This document shows positions 1-8,740 of a DNA stretch of 32,000 nucleotides, piece after piece. Position 1 is the stretch's first letter, and each line of letters begins with the position of its first letter. A program made the translations under genes and the position numbers. Source of the stretch: Erysipelotrichaceae bacterium MTC7 (GTDB taxonomy: Bacteria; Bacillota_I; Bacilli_A; Erysipelotrichales; Erysipelotrichaceae). The notes under the pieces are model-generated. The model had not been told where the DNA came from. It worked only from the letters and a program-made list of their open reading frames with translations, and did not search any database. The stretch lies in the NCBI GenBank assembly GCA_001695645.1, contig LVZN01000005.1, forward strand, positions 42,860 to 74,859, given 5' to 3'.

Positions 1-849
1 TTTCCTAAAGATAAAAGAATCTTAAATATTTGTGATCAACCAGAAAACGTAGTTCGTTCATGTAGTAGATTGCTAGGAGTTGATTGGGAAACATTAGATC
101 CAATATACTTCGGTTTAAATCACTATGGGTGGTTTACAAATATTTACGACATAAATACAGGAGAAGATTTATTGCCCAAAATTAAAGATTTAATTAGTAA
201 AAATGGATTCTTGCCACAGGATGCAGAACAACGTGATCCATCATGGTTAGATACATATGGAATGGTAGAAACATTGATGAAAGATTATCCGGAATTTTTA
301 CCAAATACGTATAACCAATACTACTTATATCCAGAATATAAAGCTTCACACTTAAATCCAGATTTCACACGTGCTGACGAAGTAATGGCAGGTCGTGAAA
401 AACGAGTATTCACTGAGTGTAAAGAAGTAATTGCCGCAGGAACACTGGGTGATAAATTTGATGATATTAGCGATGCACATGCAGAAATGATGATTAATGT
501 TGCTGAAGCTATTGCGTATAACAAAAATAACCGCCACATTTTAATTGTAGAGAACAACGGAGCGATTAATAACATGCAAGATGATGCTATGGTTGAAGTA
601 GTATGTGAACTTGGAGCAAACGGTCCTAGACCGATGCGAGTAGGAAATATTCCGCAGTTTAACCTTGGGTTGTTAGTAAACCAAGTATCATGTGAAAAAC
701 TAATTGTTGATGCATATTTCGAAAACTCATATCAAAAAGCATTAGAGGCATTCACTTTGAATCGTATGATCAATGATGGTAAAAAAGCAAGAAAGATTCT
801 TGATGCATTAATTGAAGCAAACAAAGGAATGTGGCCAGATTTGAAATAA
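1..849 (+). CDS. Glycoside hydrolase family 4 6-phospho-alpha-glucosidase, C-terminal 282 codons (5' end is upstream of the window)
   Basis: Frame 1 is open from base 1 (FPKDKRILNICDQPENVV...), so the 70..849 track ORF is only the tail of a longer gene. The sequence is GH4-like. It is followed 28 nt later by a glucose/maltose-family PTS EIICB, the glvA/malH-type arrangement. Confidence 0.8.
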   Translation, partial: FPKDKRILNICDQPENVVRSCSRLLGVDWETLDPIYFGLNHYGWFTNIYDINTGEDLLPKIKDLISKNGFLPQDAEQRDPSWLDTYGMVETLMKDYPEFLPNTYNQYYLYPEYKASHLNPDFTRADEVMAGREKRVFTECKEVIAAGTLGDKFDDISDAHAEMMINVAEAIAYNKNNRHILIVENNGAINNMQDDAMVEVVCELGANGPRPMRVGNIPQFNLGLLVNQVSCEKLIVDAYFENSYQKALEAFTLNRMINDGKKARKILDALIEANKGMWPDLK

Positions 850-877
850 CCAAACAAAATATAAAAGGGGTCTAAAG

Positions 878-2404
878 ATGAAAAGAAGAATTATGGATTT
901 TTTATCAGCGCTTGGCCGTAGTTTGATGATGCCTATTGCAGCGTTAGCTGCTTGTGGGATTGTTCTTGGATTAACTGCTGCGTTGTTAAAACCACAAGTT
1001 ATTGAAGTATTACCATTTCTAGCAAATGGTGGAGTAAGTTATATCATAACTATGCTAAACAAAGTTTCTGGTGTAGTGTTTACTCTAATTCCAGTTTTAT
1101 TTTCAATTTCAATTGCATTTGGAATGGCAAAAGAAGATAAAGAGATCGCAGCATTTGCTGGATTTATCGGTTATTATACATTCTTAGTAAGTTCAAGTGT
1201 AATGATAAGTTCAGGAATTATGGATTTTAGCGCAATGAAAATCTCAGCTATCTTAGGAGTAGAAACTGTAGATATGGGAGCTGTTGCGGGAATCCTAATA
1301 GGTGTAGTCGTAGCTGCTTTACATAATAGGTTTCATAAAATTGTCTTCCCTGTTGCGATTGCATTTTACGGGGGAAAACGATTTGTTTCAATTATCGTAA
1401 TATTAGTCGCTGCACTACTTGGACAAGTTATGCCAATTGTGTGGGAACCAGTTTCAATGGGGATTAATGCACTGGGTACTGCAATTGGAGAAGCAGGAGC
1501 ATTTGGGGTATTTATCTTCGGTTTCTTAGAACGACTATTAATACCTACTGGTCTTCACCATGTATTAAATGGTGTATTTAGAACAACTGCTGTAGGTGGA
1601 ATATATGAAGGAGTTGAGGGATGTTTAAATATATTCTTACAATTCTTTGATAAAGTTCCAATCGAAACTATGCGTCCTTTCACTCAATTTTTAGGACAAG
1701 GAAAAATGCCGTTTATGATGTTTGGATTACCAGCAGCGGCACTTGCAATTTATAAAACGTCACCACAAGAGAAAAAAGCAAGAGTTAAAGCTTTGCTTCT
1801 TGCTGGAGTTGCAGCTTGTGTGATTTCTGGAATTACTGAGCCAGTTGAATTTGCATTTATGTTTATTGCTCCACCATTATTCTTATTCCATGCAGTTATG
1901 GGTGGTATATCATTCATGCTTATGTCTGTATTAGGTGTTATTGTAGGAAATACTGGAGGAGGAGTCATTGATTTCTTTATCTGGGGTGTTTTACAACCAG
2001 GTTCCAACTGGTATTGGATTGTAATTGTTGGACTGTTCTATATGCCAATCTACTACTTTACTTTCAAATGGTATCTGACAAAAAAATCTTTGTCTATTGA
2101 TGTAGAGGAAGAAGAGGTAGTTGAAGGAGAGTATTTAGAAGGTGAAGAAAAAGCACTAGGAGATCCAATTGGACTTATGGTAATAGAAGGTTTAGGTGGA
2201 TATGAAAATATAAAAACTGTGAACAATTGTATTTCTCGATTAAGAGTAGACGTAGTTGATATGTCAAAAGTTGACGAAAAATTACTAAGAAAAACAGGAT
2301 CTGCAGGAATTATTAAGCCTTCGGAAACACATATTCAAGTTGTATATGGACCAAAAGTAGAAAAGGTTGCAAATGCTGTGAAATCAGCAATGGCAGTAAG
2401 GTAA
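878..2404 (+). CDS. PTS EIICB component, glucose/maltose/alpha-glucoside family
   Basis: 508 aa. A polytopic EIIC domain is joined by an acidic linker (DVEEEEVVEGEYLEGEE) to a C-terminal EIIB domain with the phospho-cysteine motif NCISRLRV. A GGGG SD lies 7 nt upstream. There is no EIIA domain in this polypeptide. Confidence 0.9.
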   Translation: MKRRIMDFLSALGRSLMMPIAALAACGIVLGLTAALLKPQVIEVLPFLANGGVSYIITMLNKVSGVVFTLIPVLFSISIAFGMAKEDKEIAAFAGFIGYYTFLVSSSVMISSGIMDFSAMKISAILGVETVDMGAVAGILIGVVVAALHNRFHKIVFPVAIAFYGGKRFVSIIVILVAALLGQVMPIVWEPVSMGINALGTAIGEAGAFGVFIFGFLERLLIPTGLHHVLNGVFRTTAVGGIYEGVEGCLNIFLQFFDKVPIETMRPFTQFLGQGKMPFMMFGLPAAALAIYKTSPQEKKARVKALLLAGVAACVISGITEPVEFAFMFIAPPLFLFHAVMGGISFMLMSVLGVIVGNTGGGVIDFFIWGVLQPGSNWYWIVIVGLFYMPIYYFTFKWYLTKKSLSIDVEEEEVVEGEYLEGEEKALGDPIGLMVIEGLGGYENIKTVNNCISRLRVDVVDMSKVDEKLLRKTGSAGIIKPSETHIQVVYGPKVEKVANAVKSAMAVR

Positions 2405-2432
2405 AAAAAGAGCAACGAAAGTTGCTCTTACT
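2405..2432. terminator. Bidirectional rho-independent terminator between convergent genes
   Basis: Stem aagagcaac / gttgctctt with a GAAA loop. It has an A-run on the left and a T-rich tract on the right, and overlaps the stop codon of the minus-strand RpiR gene. Confidence 0.8.
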
Positions 2433-3171
2433 TATTATTTAGCATGTATGCAGAACTATACATCTCAATAATGATTTGGGTGATAGTTAGCATCCCAATA
2501 CGTGGGTTAATATCCTTATCATGAAACATGAAATTATCTTCTTTTACACAGTAGACAGCATCACAATATGAAGCTAATCGTGAATCTTTCTTTGTTGTTA
2601 TTAGAATCAGAGTACCTTTCATATGATGTATTTTCTCAGCTAGTTTCTTGTATCTGTCATACGAAGAATCACCGCTAAAGATAATGAAGAGAGTGCCTTC
2701 TTTCATTGACTCACTTAAACTATATAAGACATGGCGATCTCCTATTAAGATACATGGGCGATCAGCTGTTGTAAGGTTAACATGCAAATATTTAGCACAA
2801 ATATAGTTAAGACCACTCCCGTGGATATATAAAGAACTATCACATTTGATTAAAGAAAGAATTTTCTCTAGAGAATGGACATCTACATCTTCCGTTGTTT
2901 TATTAAACAGGGTGATGATATTTGATTTATTTGCATTTCCTTCAGCTTGTAACAGTTGTTGCTTGATTTGGTATTTCAAATCATGAAAACCAGAGAAACC
3001 AAGTTTAATACAAAAGCGTGTCATAGTCGCACTAGAGACGAATGAGTTTTCACTTATTTTTTGAGCACTCATATAAGGGATGCTTTCAATGTTTTCATGT
3101 AAATATGTTAAAAGTTCACGTTCGCTTTCTGTTAGTTGTAATGTATATGCTTTTTCAATTATTTGTATCAT
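2428..3171 (-). CDS. MurR/RpiR family transcriptional regulator (HTH_6 + SIS domain), paralog 2
   Basis: 247 aa. The N-terminal HTH (SAQKISENSFVSSATMTRFCIKLGFSGFHDLK) is followed by a SIS-like domain. A GGAGG SD lies 5 nt upstream. The start overlaps the upstream paralog by 17 nt. Confidence 0.85.
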   Translation of the reverse strand: MIQIIEKAYTLQLTESERELLTYLHENIESIPYMSAQKISENSFVSSATMTRFCIKLGFSGFHDLKYQIKQQLLQAEGNANKSNIITLFNKTTEDVDVHSLEKILSLIKCDSSLYIHGSGLNYICAKYLHVNLTTADRPCILIGDRHVLYSLSESMKEGTLFIIFSGDSSYDRYKKLAEKIHHMKGTLILITTKKDSRLASYCDAVYCVKEDNFMFHDKDINPRIGMLTITQIIIEMYSSAYMLNNK

Positions 3172-3943
3172 GATGTACCTCCGATTCTTGCAGTGAAGCT
3201 ACATAGGTTTGCAGTAAATCGTTTACTACATAGAAGATGGGTAATCTTGATGTAAAGTCAGTATTAATGTTTTTTCTTTGATATGTAAAAAAACGAAGGC
3301 TAACATCAGATAAAGCTGCAATATTGTTTTTTTGAAAAGGTGTAATTGATAAAACTTTGACATTATGAAATTTAGCAGTTTTAACAATTTCAAAAGCAGG
3401 TCCAAAATTTCCACTCGCACTTATCATCAATAACAAGTCATTCTGGTTAAGTTTTTCTACGACGTGTTTTAGTTGATGTTCAGCATCATATTTATAAACA
3501 TTTTGTCGACCAATGGTAAACAGGTACTTTTCAACATAATCAACAATGACTCCAGTTAGACCGCTACTATCAAATAAATGGATGCTTTGTGTTGTAGTTA
3601 ATAAATCTACAGCCTTGGCTATATCGCCTTCATTTAGAACTCTCATTGTTCCGTCAATATCGTAAGACAAATCTGATAGAATGAGATTAATATTTGTATT
3701 TTCAACGACAGGTGGCTCACTTCTTTCGTTTGGAGCTTTCAATGAAAATTTGAGTTCAGCAAATCCTGAAAAACCAATTTTCTTACAAAAACGAATGATA
3801 GATGACGGTGAAAAGTTGACTGTATTTGCAAACTCTTGCACGCTCATTGAATGTACATCATCAACATGTGTATATATGTAATCTAAAATTTTCAATTCAC
3901 TTTTATTTAAGTTGTCTACAGGAATAGATCTAATATCGTTCAT
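3155..3943 (-). CDS. MurR/RpiR family transcriptional regulator (HTH_6 + SIS domain), paralog 1
   Basis: 262 aa with HTH (VQEFANTVNFSPSSIIRFCKKIGFSGFAELK) plus a SIS domain. A GAGGT SD lies 5 nt upstream. RpiR-type GlvR regulators accompany GH4/PTS alpha-glucoside loci. Confidence 0.85.
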   Translation of the reverse strand: MNDIRSIPVDNLNKSELKILDYIYTHVDDVHSMSVQEFANTVNFSPSSIIRFCKKIGFSGFAELKFSLKAPNERSEPPVVENTNINLILSDLSYDIDGTMRVLNEGDIAKAVDLLTTTQSIHLFDSSGLTGVIVDYVEKYLFTIGRQNVYKYDAEHQLKHVVEKLNQNDLLLMISASGNFGPAFEIVKTAKFHNVKVLSITPFQKNNIAALSDVSLRFFTYQRKNINTDFTSRLPIFYVVNDLLQTYVASLQESEVHHDTNN

Positions 3944-3991
3944 ATGTTACCTCGTACAAATTATACCATACTCAAAATGAAAGGAGAAAAA

Positions 3992-4915
3992 ATGGATTTC
4001 GGTGTTTTATTAAAAACAATGCTTCAATTATTCGCACTTATATTAGTTGGAGTGTACTTAAGAAGAAAACATGTATTAAACGAACAAAGTGCAAAACCTA
4101 TTTCATACATTGTTGCAAATATACTCACGCCAGCGATGGTTCTTGCATCATCTACAAATCCGAATACGCTTGATAATTCTGATATGATCATTTGCTTAAT
4201 ACTTGGAGTTTTTCTATATGTCACTTTCATTGTTATTGCAAAAATTGTAATTCGTTTGTTTTTTAAAGAAGACAAACAAAGTTCAATTTACCAAGTGATG
4301 TTGATTTTCTCGAACATTGCATTTATTGGTTATCCACTCTTAAGGGTCATGTATGGTGAATATGCAGTATTTGTGTTTACTGTGATGCATTTACCGTTCA
4401 ATCTTCTTATATATACGTATGGAGTATATTTACTCAGTAAAGATTCAATAAAAAAAGACATGAAGAGTTATGTAAAACTATTTTTATCTCCTGGTGTATT
4501 TGCATCGTTTGTAGGTTTGGTATGTTTTTTTACAAGTATTCAACTTCCAAATGTTTTGACAGGAGTATTTGATTTGCTGGGCGATGCAACAGTACCGCTA
4601 AGTATGATTATAGTAGGTGTGAATATAAATTTCAGTTCTTCTATTACAAGTAATGAGAAAATTTCGTTGTGTAAATTGCTTTTCCTTAAACTTTTACTTT
4701 TTCCGTTACTTGGATATCTACTAGTTCAGTATTTAGATGTGAGTACGTTCATGAAAGAGTTGCTAATGTTTTCTTTCATGTTGCCGTCGGGTTCATTGGC
4801 GCTAATGCTAGGAATGGAATACAACATAGATATGCGAATATCAACTATATGCATATCATTAACTACGCTTATTTCAGTGGTGAGTATACCACTATACATA
4901 TTTATATTATTTTAA
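3992..4915 (+). CDS. AEC (auxin efflux carrier / malate permease-like) family membrane transporter
   Basis: About 10 hydrophobic segments with a bipartite AEC-like layout. I prefer the ATG at 3992 (GAAAGGAG SD) over the track start at 3944, which abuts the divergent gene and has no SD. Confidence 0.7.
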   Translation: MDFGVLLKTMLQLFALILVGVYLRRKHVLNEQSAKPISYIVANILTPAMVLASSTNPNTLDNSDMIICLILGVFLYVTFIVIAKIVIRLFFKEDKQSSIYQVMLIFSNIAFIGYPLLRVMYGEYAVFVFTVMHLPFNLLIYTYGVYLLSKDSIKKDMKSYVKLFLSPGVFASFVGLVCFFTSIQLPNVLTGVFDLLGDATVPLSMIIVGVNINFSSSITSNEKISLCKLLFLKLLLFPLLGYLLVQYLDVSTFMKELLMFSFMLPSGSLALMLGMEYNIDMRISTICISLTTLISVVSIPLYIFILF

Positions 4916-4930
4916 GAAAAGAGGAAAGTT

Positions 4931-5410
4931 ATGTTTAAATTATTCAAAAAAGAGAAAAGTCAAAATGTGTATTCACCAATGAATGGTAAATATGTAGCAT
5001 TAGAAAATGTAAAGGATGAAGTGTTTGCATCCAAGATGATGGGCGATGGTTTCGCAATTGAACCTGATGAATTGAAAATCTTTGCTCCGTTAAATGGAAA
5101 AGTTTCGATGGTTGCAAAGACAAAACATGCAATTGGAATTACGACGAACGATGGTATAGAATTATTAATTCACTTTGGTTTAGATACAGTTGCTCTAAAT
5201 GGCGAGGGCATGAATGTTCTTGTGAATGAAGGTGATGAAGTAGTACGCGGAATGCAACTCATGGAAGGAGATGCAAACTTTCTGAAGCAAAAGCAAATTG
5301 ATGTGACAACTATGGTTATTTTAATGAGCGAAAGTAAAATAAGCAAAAGATTAGAAACTGACAAAAATGTGAGCATTGATGATGTGATTATGGTGTGTGA
5401 TAAGAAATGA
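4931..5410 (+). CDS. PTS EIIA(Glc)-type component (Crr-like)
   Basis: 159 aa with the two-histidine EIIA-Glc signature KHAIGITTNDGIELLIHFGLDTV and an AGAGGAAAG SD. It probably supplies the EIIA missing from the EIICB at 878..2404. Confidence 0.9.
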   Translation: MFKLFKKEKSQNVYSPMNGKYVALENVKDEVFASKMMGDGFAIEPDELKIFAPLNGKVSMVAKTKHAIGITTNDGIELLIHFGLDTVALNGEGMNVLVNEGDEVVRGMQLMEGDANFLKQKQIDVTTMVILMSESKISKRLETDKNVSIDDVIMVCDKK

Positions 5411-5885
5411 TGAAGATCGTATTTGCATGTGATTCTTTTAAAGAAAGCATGTCTGCACATCATGCATGTTTAGCAGCAAAACGGGGTTTTGATCGAGTGT
5501 TTGGAAACGATTATTTACCAATACTCATTCTTATGTCTGATGGTGGAGAAGGAATGTTGGATTCTATTCCTCCTACTCTACAAGGCAGAATAGAAAGTAT
5601 GTACACGTTTGAGTTAGCTGGAAAACCAATCGAAGCTAGATATGGATGGATAGAAAAATCAAAAACTGCAATCATCGAATCCGCATACACTTGTGGATTA
5701 ACTCTTATAAAAAAAGAAGACAGGAATCCATTATTGAAACAACATACGGATTGGGGTTAATGATTTCGAGGTTAGTGGATAAAGGAGCCAAGCACATAGT
5801 TATTGGCCTTGGCGGTACAGGAACTAATGATGGAGGTCTTGGATGTATTTGTGCATTAGGTGAAGTTCCTATTTGTGAAGTTAAG
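5407..5885 (+). pseudogene. Glycerate kinase fragment (about the N-terminal 40 percent), frameshifted
   Basis: MKIVFACDSFKESMSA...MSDGGEGM...TAIIESAYTCGL...RNPLL is read in frame 1. The homology continues in frame 3 (TTYGLGLMISRLVDKGAKHIVIGLGGTGTNDGGLG). The -1 shift sits near the A-run at 5736-5740. Glycerate-kinase homology ends near 5870-5900. Confidence 0.8.
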
Positions 5886-6257
5886 GATGTATCTTCAGCA
5901 TTGGTACTAGCAAAACAATTACAAACACGTTTCAATTTCAGTCACGTTGCTATAACGTTAAGAGAATCTATAAGCGCATCCGATAATCGTTGGTCAGCCA
6001 TGCTGTATACAAATGGTAAAGCATATTTTTCTAAAAAGTATGGCTTACGCATTACTGACCGTGTTGGTGGCGGTGATAGTTTTGGTGGTGGATTAATCTA
6101 CGCATTACTTAACAAGTATAGTGAACAAGATACGATTGAATTTGCGGTTGCTGCAAGTGCACTAAAACACTCAATTCAAGGTGACTTTAACTTGGTGAGT
6201 GTTGAAGAAGTAAAAACATTAGCGTCGGGCGATGGTTCTGGACGCGTACAAAGATAA
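5886..6257 (+). pseudogene. C-terminal fragment of a PfkB-family 2-dehydro-3-deoxygluconokinase (KdgK-like), fused in frame to the glycerate kinase remnant
   Basis: VAITLRESISASDNRWSAMLY...ITDRVGGGDSFGGGLIYALL...AVAASALKHSIQGDFNLVSVEEV...GDGSGRVQR matches the C-terminal third of Firmicute KdgK as I remember it. The N-terminal two thirds are absent. The left boundary is approximate. Confidence 0.7.
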
Positions 6258-6301
6258 AAAGATTTATTTATTGTGAAATAGAAACTGTATTAGAGAAAAT
6301 C

Positions 6302-6333
6302 AAGGTGTGTACAAGTGCGTAGACACCTTTTTA
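6302..6333 (+). terminator. Rho-independent terminator after the pseudogene region
   Basis: Stem aaggtgt / acacctt (7 bp) with a 14-nt loop, followed by TTTTAT. Confidence 0.55.
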
Positions 6334-6404
6334 TAATGAGCATTTGACAAGTAAAATACTTTCAAATCATATATGATTAAATAAACAATAGGAGGAAAGG
6401 GTAC

Positions 6405-7958
6405 ATGGATTTTATAATAGATGTGTTGACGCTTCTTCATGATCGCGCTGATTTTTTCTTGAACTTAGTGTTTCAACATTTACAAATATCTCTGATTGCC
6501 ATATTGATTGCAACCATTCTTGGATTGCTATTAGGAATATGGATTAGTGAGCACCAAAAAAGTAGTAATTTAGTGATTGGAATTGTCAATTTTATATACA
6601 CAATACCTTCAATTTCACTACTGGGTTTTTTGATTCCTTTTTCAGGCATTGGAAATACAACAGTTATTATTGCCCTTGTTGTATATGCATTATTACCAAT
6701 GGTTCGAAACACCCATACAGGAATTACCAATATTAATCCTGCAATTATCGAAGCTGCCAAAGGGATGGGTAGTACAAAGATGCAGATATTATGGAAAATT
6801 AAATTGCCATTAGCACTACCAACCATCATGTCAGGATTCCGCAACATGGTTGTCATGACGATTGCCTTAACGGGTATTGCTTCATTTATTGGAGCTGGTG
6901 GATTAGGGGTTGCTATTTATCGAGGAATTACAACCAATAATGCAGTTATGACTTTTGCAGGAAGCTTACTAATTGCCTTATTAGCATTTTTTATGGATTT
7001 TATCTTTGGTCGTTTGGAAAAAGCACTAACTGCACGTCGACCAAATGCAAAACGAAAAGTGTTCGTAGAAATTGCAAGTGCAGCGATTGTTGTTTTATTA
7101 GTGTTTGCAATGTTGTTTAGTAATTTATTTGGAAAAACTGATAAAGTTATTCACCTAGCAACAAAACCAATGACTGAACAAATGATCATTGGGGAGGCAT
7201 TGAAAATGATAATCGAACAAGAAAGTGATCTTACTGTAGAAATCACTGAGGGTGTTGGTGGAGGAACAAGCAATATTCAACCAGCAATGGAAAAGGGTGA
7301 ATTTGATATATATCCAGAATACACAGGTACAGGATGGAATGCAGTACTAAAAGAAAAGAGTATTTACCATGAGTCGATGTTTAAAGAACTACAAGACAAA
7401 TACAAAGAGGCATATGATTTCTCTTGGGTTTCTGGCTATGGATTCAACAATACCTATGGAATTGCTGTTGCTAAAGATATCGCTCAAGCATACAACATCA
7501 AAACGTATAGTGATCTTGCCAAATACACACCACAATTAACATTTGGTGCGGAGTATGATTTCTATGAACGTGAAGATGGATATGAGGCACTACAAAGTGC
7601 ATATGCTTTCAATTTTAAAGAAACCGTGGATTTGGATATTGGCTTAAAATATCAAAGTATCCAACAAGGTGATGTAGATGTCATTGTCGTATTTACAACA
7701 GATGGTCAATTAAATGATGATCGAATTGTTGTACTAGAAGATGATAAAAACTTCTTCCCTTCATATATGGCATATAACGTTGTGCGTAATGAAACATTAA
7801 CGAAATATCCAGAACTCAAAGAAATTTTGGATCAACTGGAAAACAAGATTAGTGATTCAACAATGGCTCGTTTGAATTATGAAGTAGAAGTAAATAAAAA
7901 AGAACCAAAACAAGTAGCAAAAGAGTTCCTAGATGAACTTGGTCTACTAAAGGAATAG
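6405..7958 (+). CDS. Osmoprotectant (choline/glycine betaine) ABC transporter, fused permease + substrate-binding protein (ChoS/OpuC-like)
   Basis: 517 aa. The N-terminal about 210 aa are a binding-protein-dependent permease domain. An extra TM follows, then a C-terminal OpuAC-type SBP domain (GGGTSNIQPAMEKGEFDIYPEYTGTGW). An AGGAGG SD is present. Confidence 0.85.
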   Translation: MDFIIDVLTLLHDRADFFLNLVFQHLQISLIAILIATILGLLLGIWISEHQKSSNLVIGIVNFIYTIPSISLLGFLIPFSGIGNTTVIIALVVYALLPMVRNTHTGITNINPAIIEAAKGMGSTKMQILWKIKLPLALPTIMSGFRNMVVMTIALTGIASFIGAGGLGVAIYRGITTNNAVMTFAGSLLIALLAFFMDFIFGRLEKALTARRPNAKRKVFVEIASAAIVVLLVFAMLFSNLFGKTDKVIHLATKPMTEQMIIGEALKMIIEQESDLTVEITEGVGGGTSNIQPAMEKGEFDIYPEYTGTGWNAVLKEKSIYHESMFKELQDKYKEAYDFSWVSGYGFNNTYGIAVAKDIAQAYNIKTYSDLAKYTPQLTFGAEYDFYEREDGYEALQSAYAFNFKETVDLDIGLKYQSIQQGDVDVIVVFTTDGQLNDDRIVVLEDDKNFFPSYMAYNVVRNETLTKYPELKEILDQLENKISDSTMARLNYEVEVNKKEPKQVAKEFLDELGLLKE

Positions 7959-7970
7959 GAGGTGGTTTTC

Positions 7971-8699
7971 TTGAATACGATTATTGAATTTAAACATGCA
8001 AGAAAGTCCTATGGAGACCATGTAGTCATTCCTGATTTGAATTTAAAAATTGAAAAGGGAGAATTTGTGACACTTATTGGCTCTAGTGGGAGTGGAAAAA
8101 CCACCATCTTAAAAATGATCAATGGACTGATTCCATTAGATGCAGGAAATGTATATGTGGAAGGAAAAGATATCGCTTCAGAAGATTTGATTTGCTTGCG
8201 ACGTAATATCGGCTATGCAATTCAAGGAAGTGGATTATTTCCACATATGGATGTTGAAGATAACATTGCCTATGTACCTAATTTATTAAATAAGAAAGAT
8301 AAGCAACGTACAAGAAAGGCCGTTGAGAAATGGATTCAAGTAGTTGGATTAGAAAGAGATTTACTAGATCGCTATCCTGATGAGTTATCTGGTGGACAGC
8401 AACAACGTGTAGGAATTGCTCGTGCACTAGCTGCCAGTCCAGAAATTTTACTGATGGATGAACCTTTTGGAGCAGTAGATGATATTACCCGTCATATGTT
8501 GCAAGATGAAATCAAAAGAATTCATGAACAAACAGGTGTGACAATTGTTTTTGTTACGCATGACATTCGTGAAGCATTGAAATTAGGAACTAAGGTCATT
8601 GTTTTGGAACATGGAGAAATCGCGCAATATGATACACCAGAAGCCATTCAACAAGCACCAGCAAATGATTATGTAAAACAACTCATATCAGACAAATAA
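7971..8699 (+). CDS. ABC transporter ATP-binding protein (ChoQ-like, no CBS domains)
   Basis: Walker A GSSGSGKTT, signature LSGGQQQRV, Walker B LLMDEPF. I favour the TTG at 7971, which is 8 nt after AGGAGG (7957-7962). The track start, GTG 7962, lies inside that SD. Confidence 0.85.
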   Translation: MNTIIEFKHARKSYGDHVVIPDLNLKIEKGEFVTLIGSSGSGKTTILKMINGLIPLDAGNVYVEGKDIASEDLICLRRNIGYAIQGSGLFPHMDVEDNIAYVPNLLNKKDKQRTRKAVEKWIQVVGLERDLLDRYPDELSGGQQQRVGIARALAASPEILLMDEPFGAVDDITRHMLQDEIKRIHEQTGVTIVFVTHDIREALKLGTKVIVLEHGEIAQYDTPEAIQQAPANDYVKQLISDK

Positions 8700-8740
8700 A
8701 AAACATGCATGTCCATAAAAATGGATATGCATGTTTTTTA
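8697..8740. terminator. Bidirectional terminator between the convergent ABC ATPase and CLC genes
   Basis: 15-bp stem aacatgcatgtccat / atggatatgcatgtt (one G-U) with an AAAA loop. An A-run precedes it and a T6 run follows. Confidence 0.85.

Noticed and set aside
321-575. Antisense or alternate-frame track ORFs nested inside well-supported genes. Examples: 321..575, 1750..2007, 6473..6856, 12386..12676, 13884..14177, 15213..15560, 16889..17383, 22596..22949, 24126..24485, 24745..25309, 30365..30778, 31139..31663.
   Set aside because: Each lies wholly within a longer ORF that has clear family-level homology. They lack SD sequences and have low-complexity or implausible composition. They are shadow ORFs.
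3944-3991. Track start codon ATG 3944 for the AEC transporter.
   Set aside because: It abuts the start codon of the divergent RpiR gene and has no SD. The ATG at 3992 has GAAAGGAG upstream, and the encoded N-terminus (MDFGVLLKTML) begins directly with the first TM helix.
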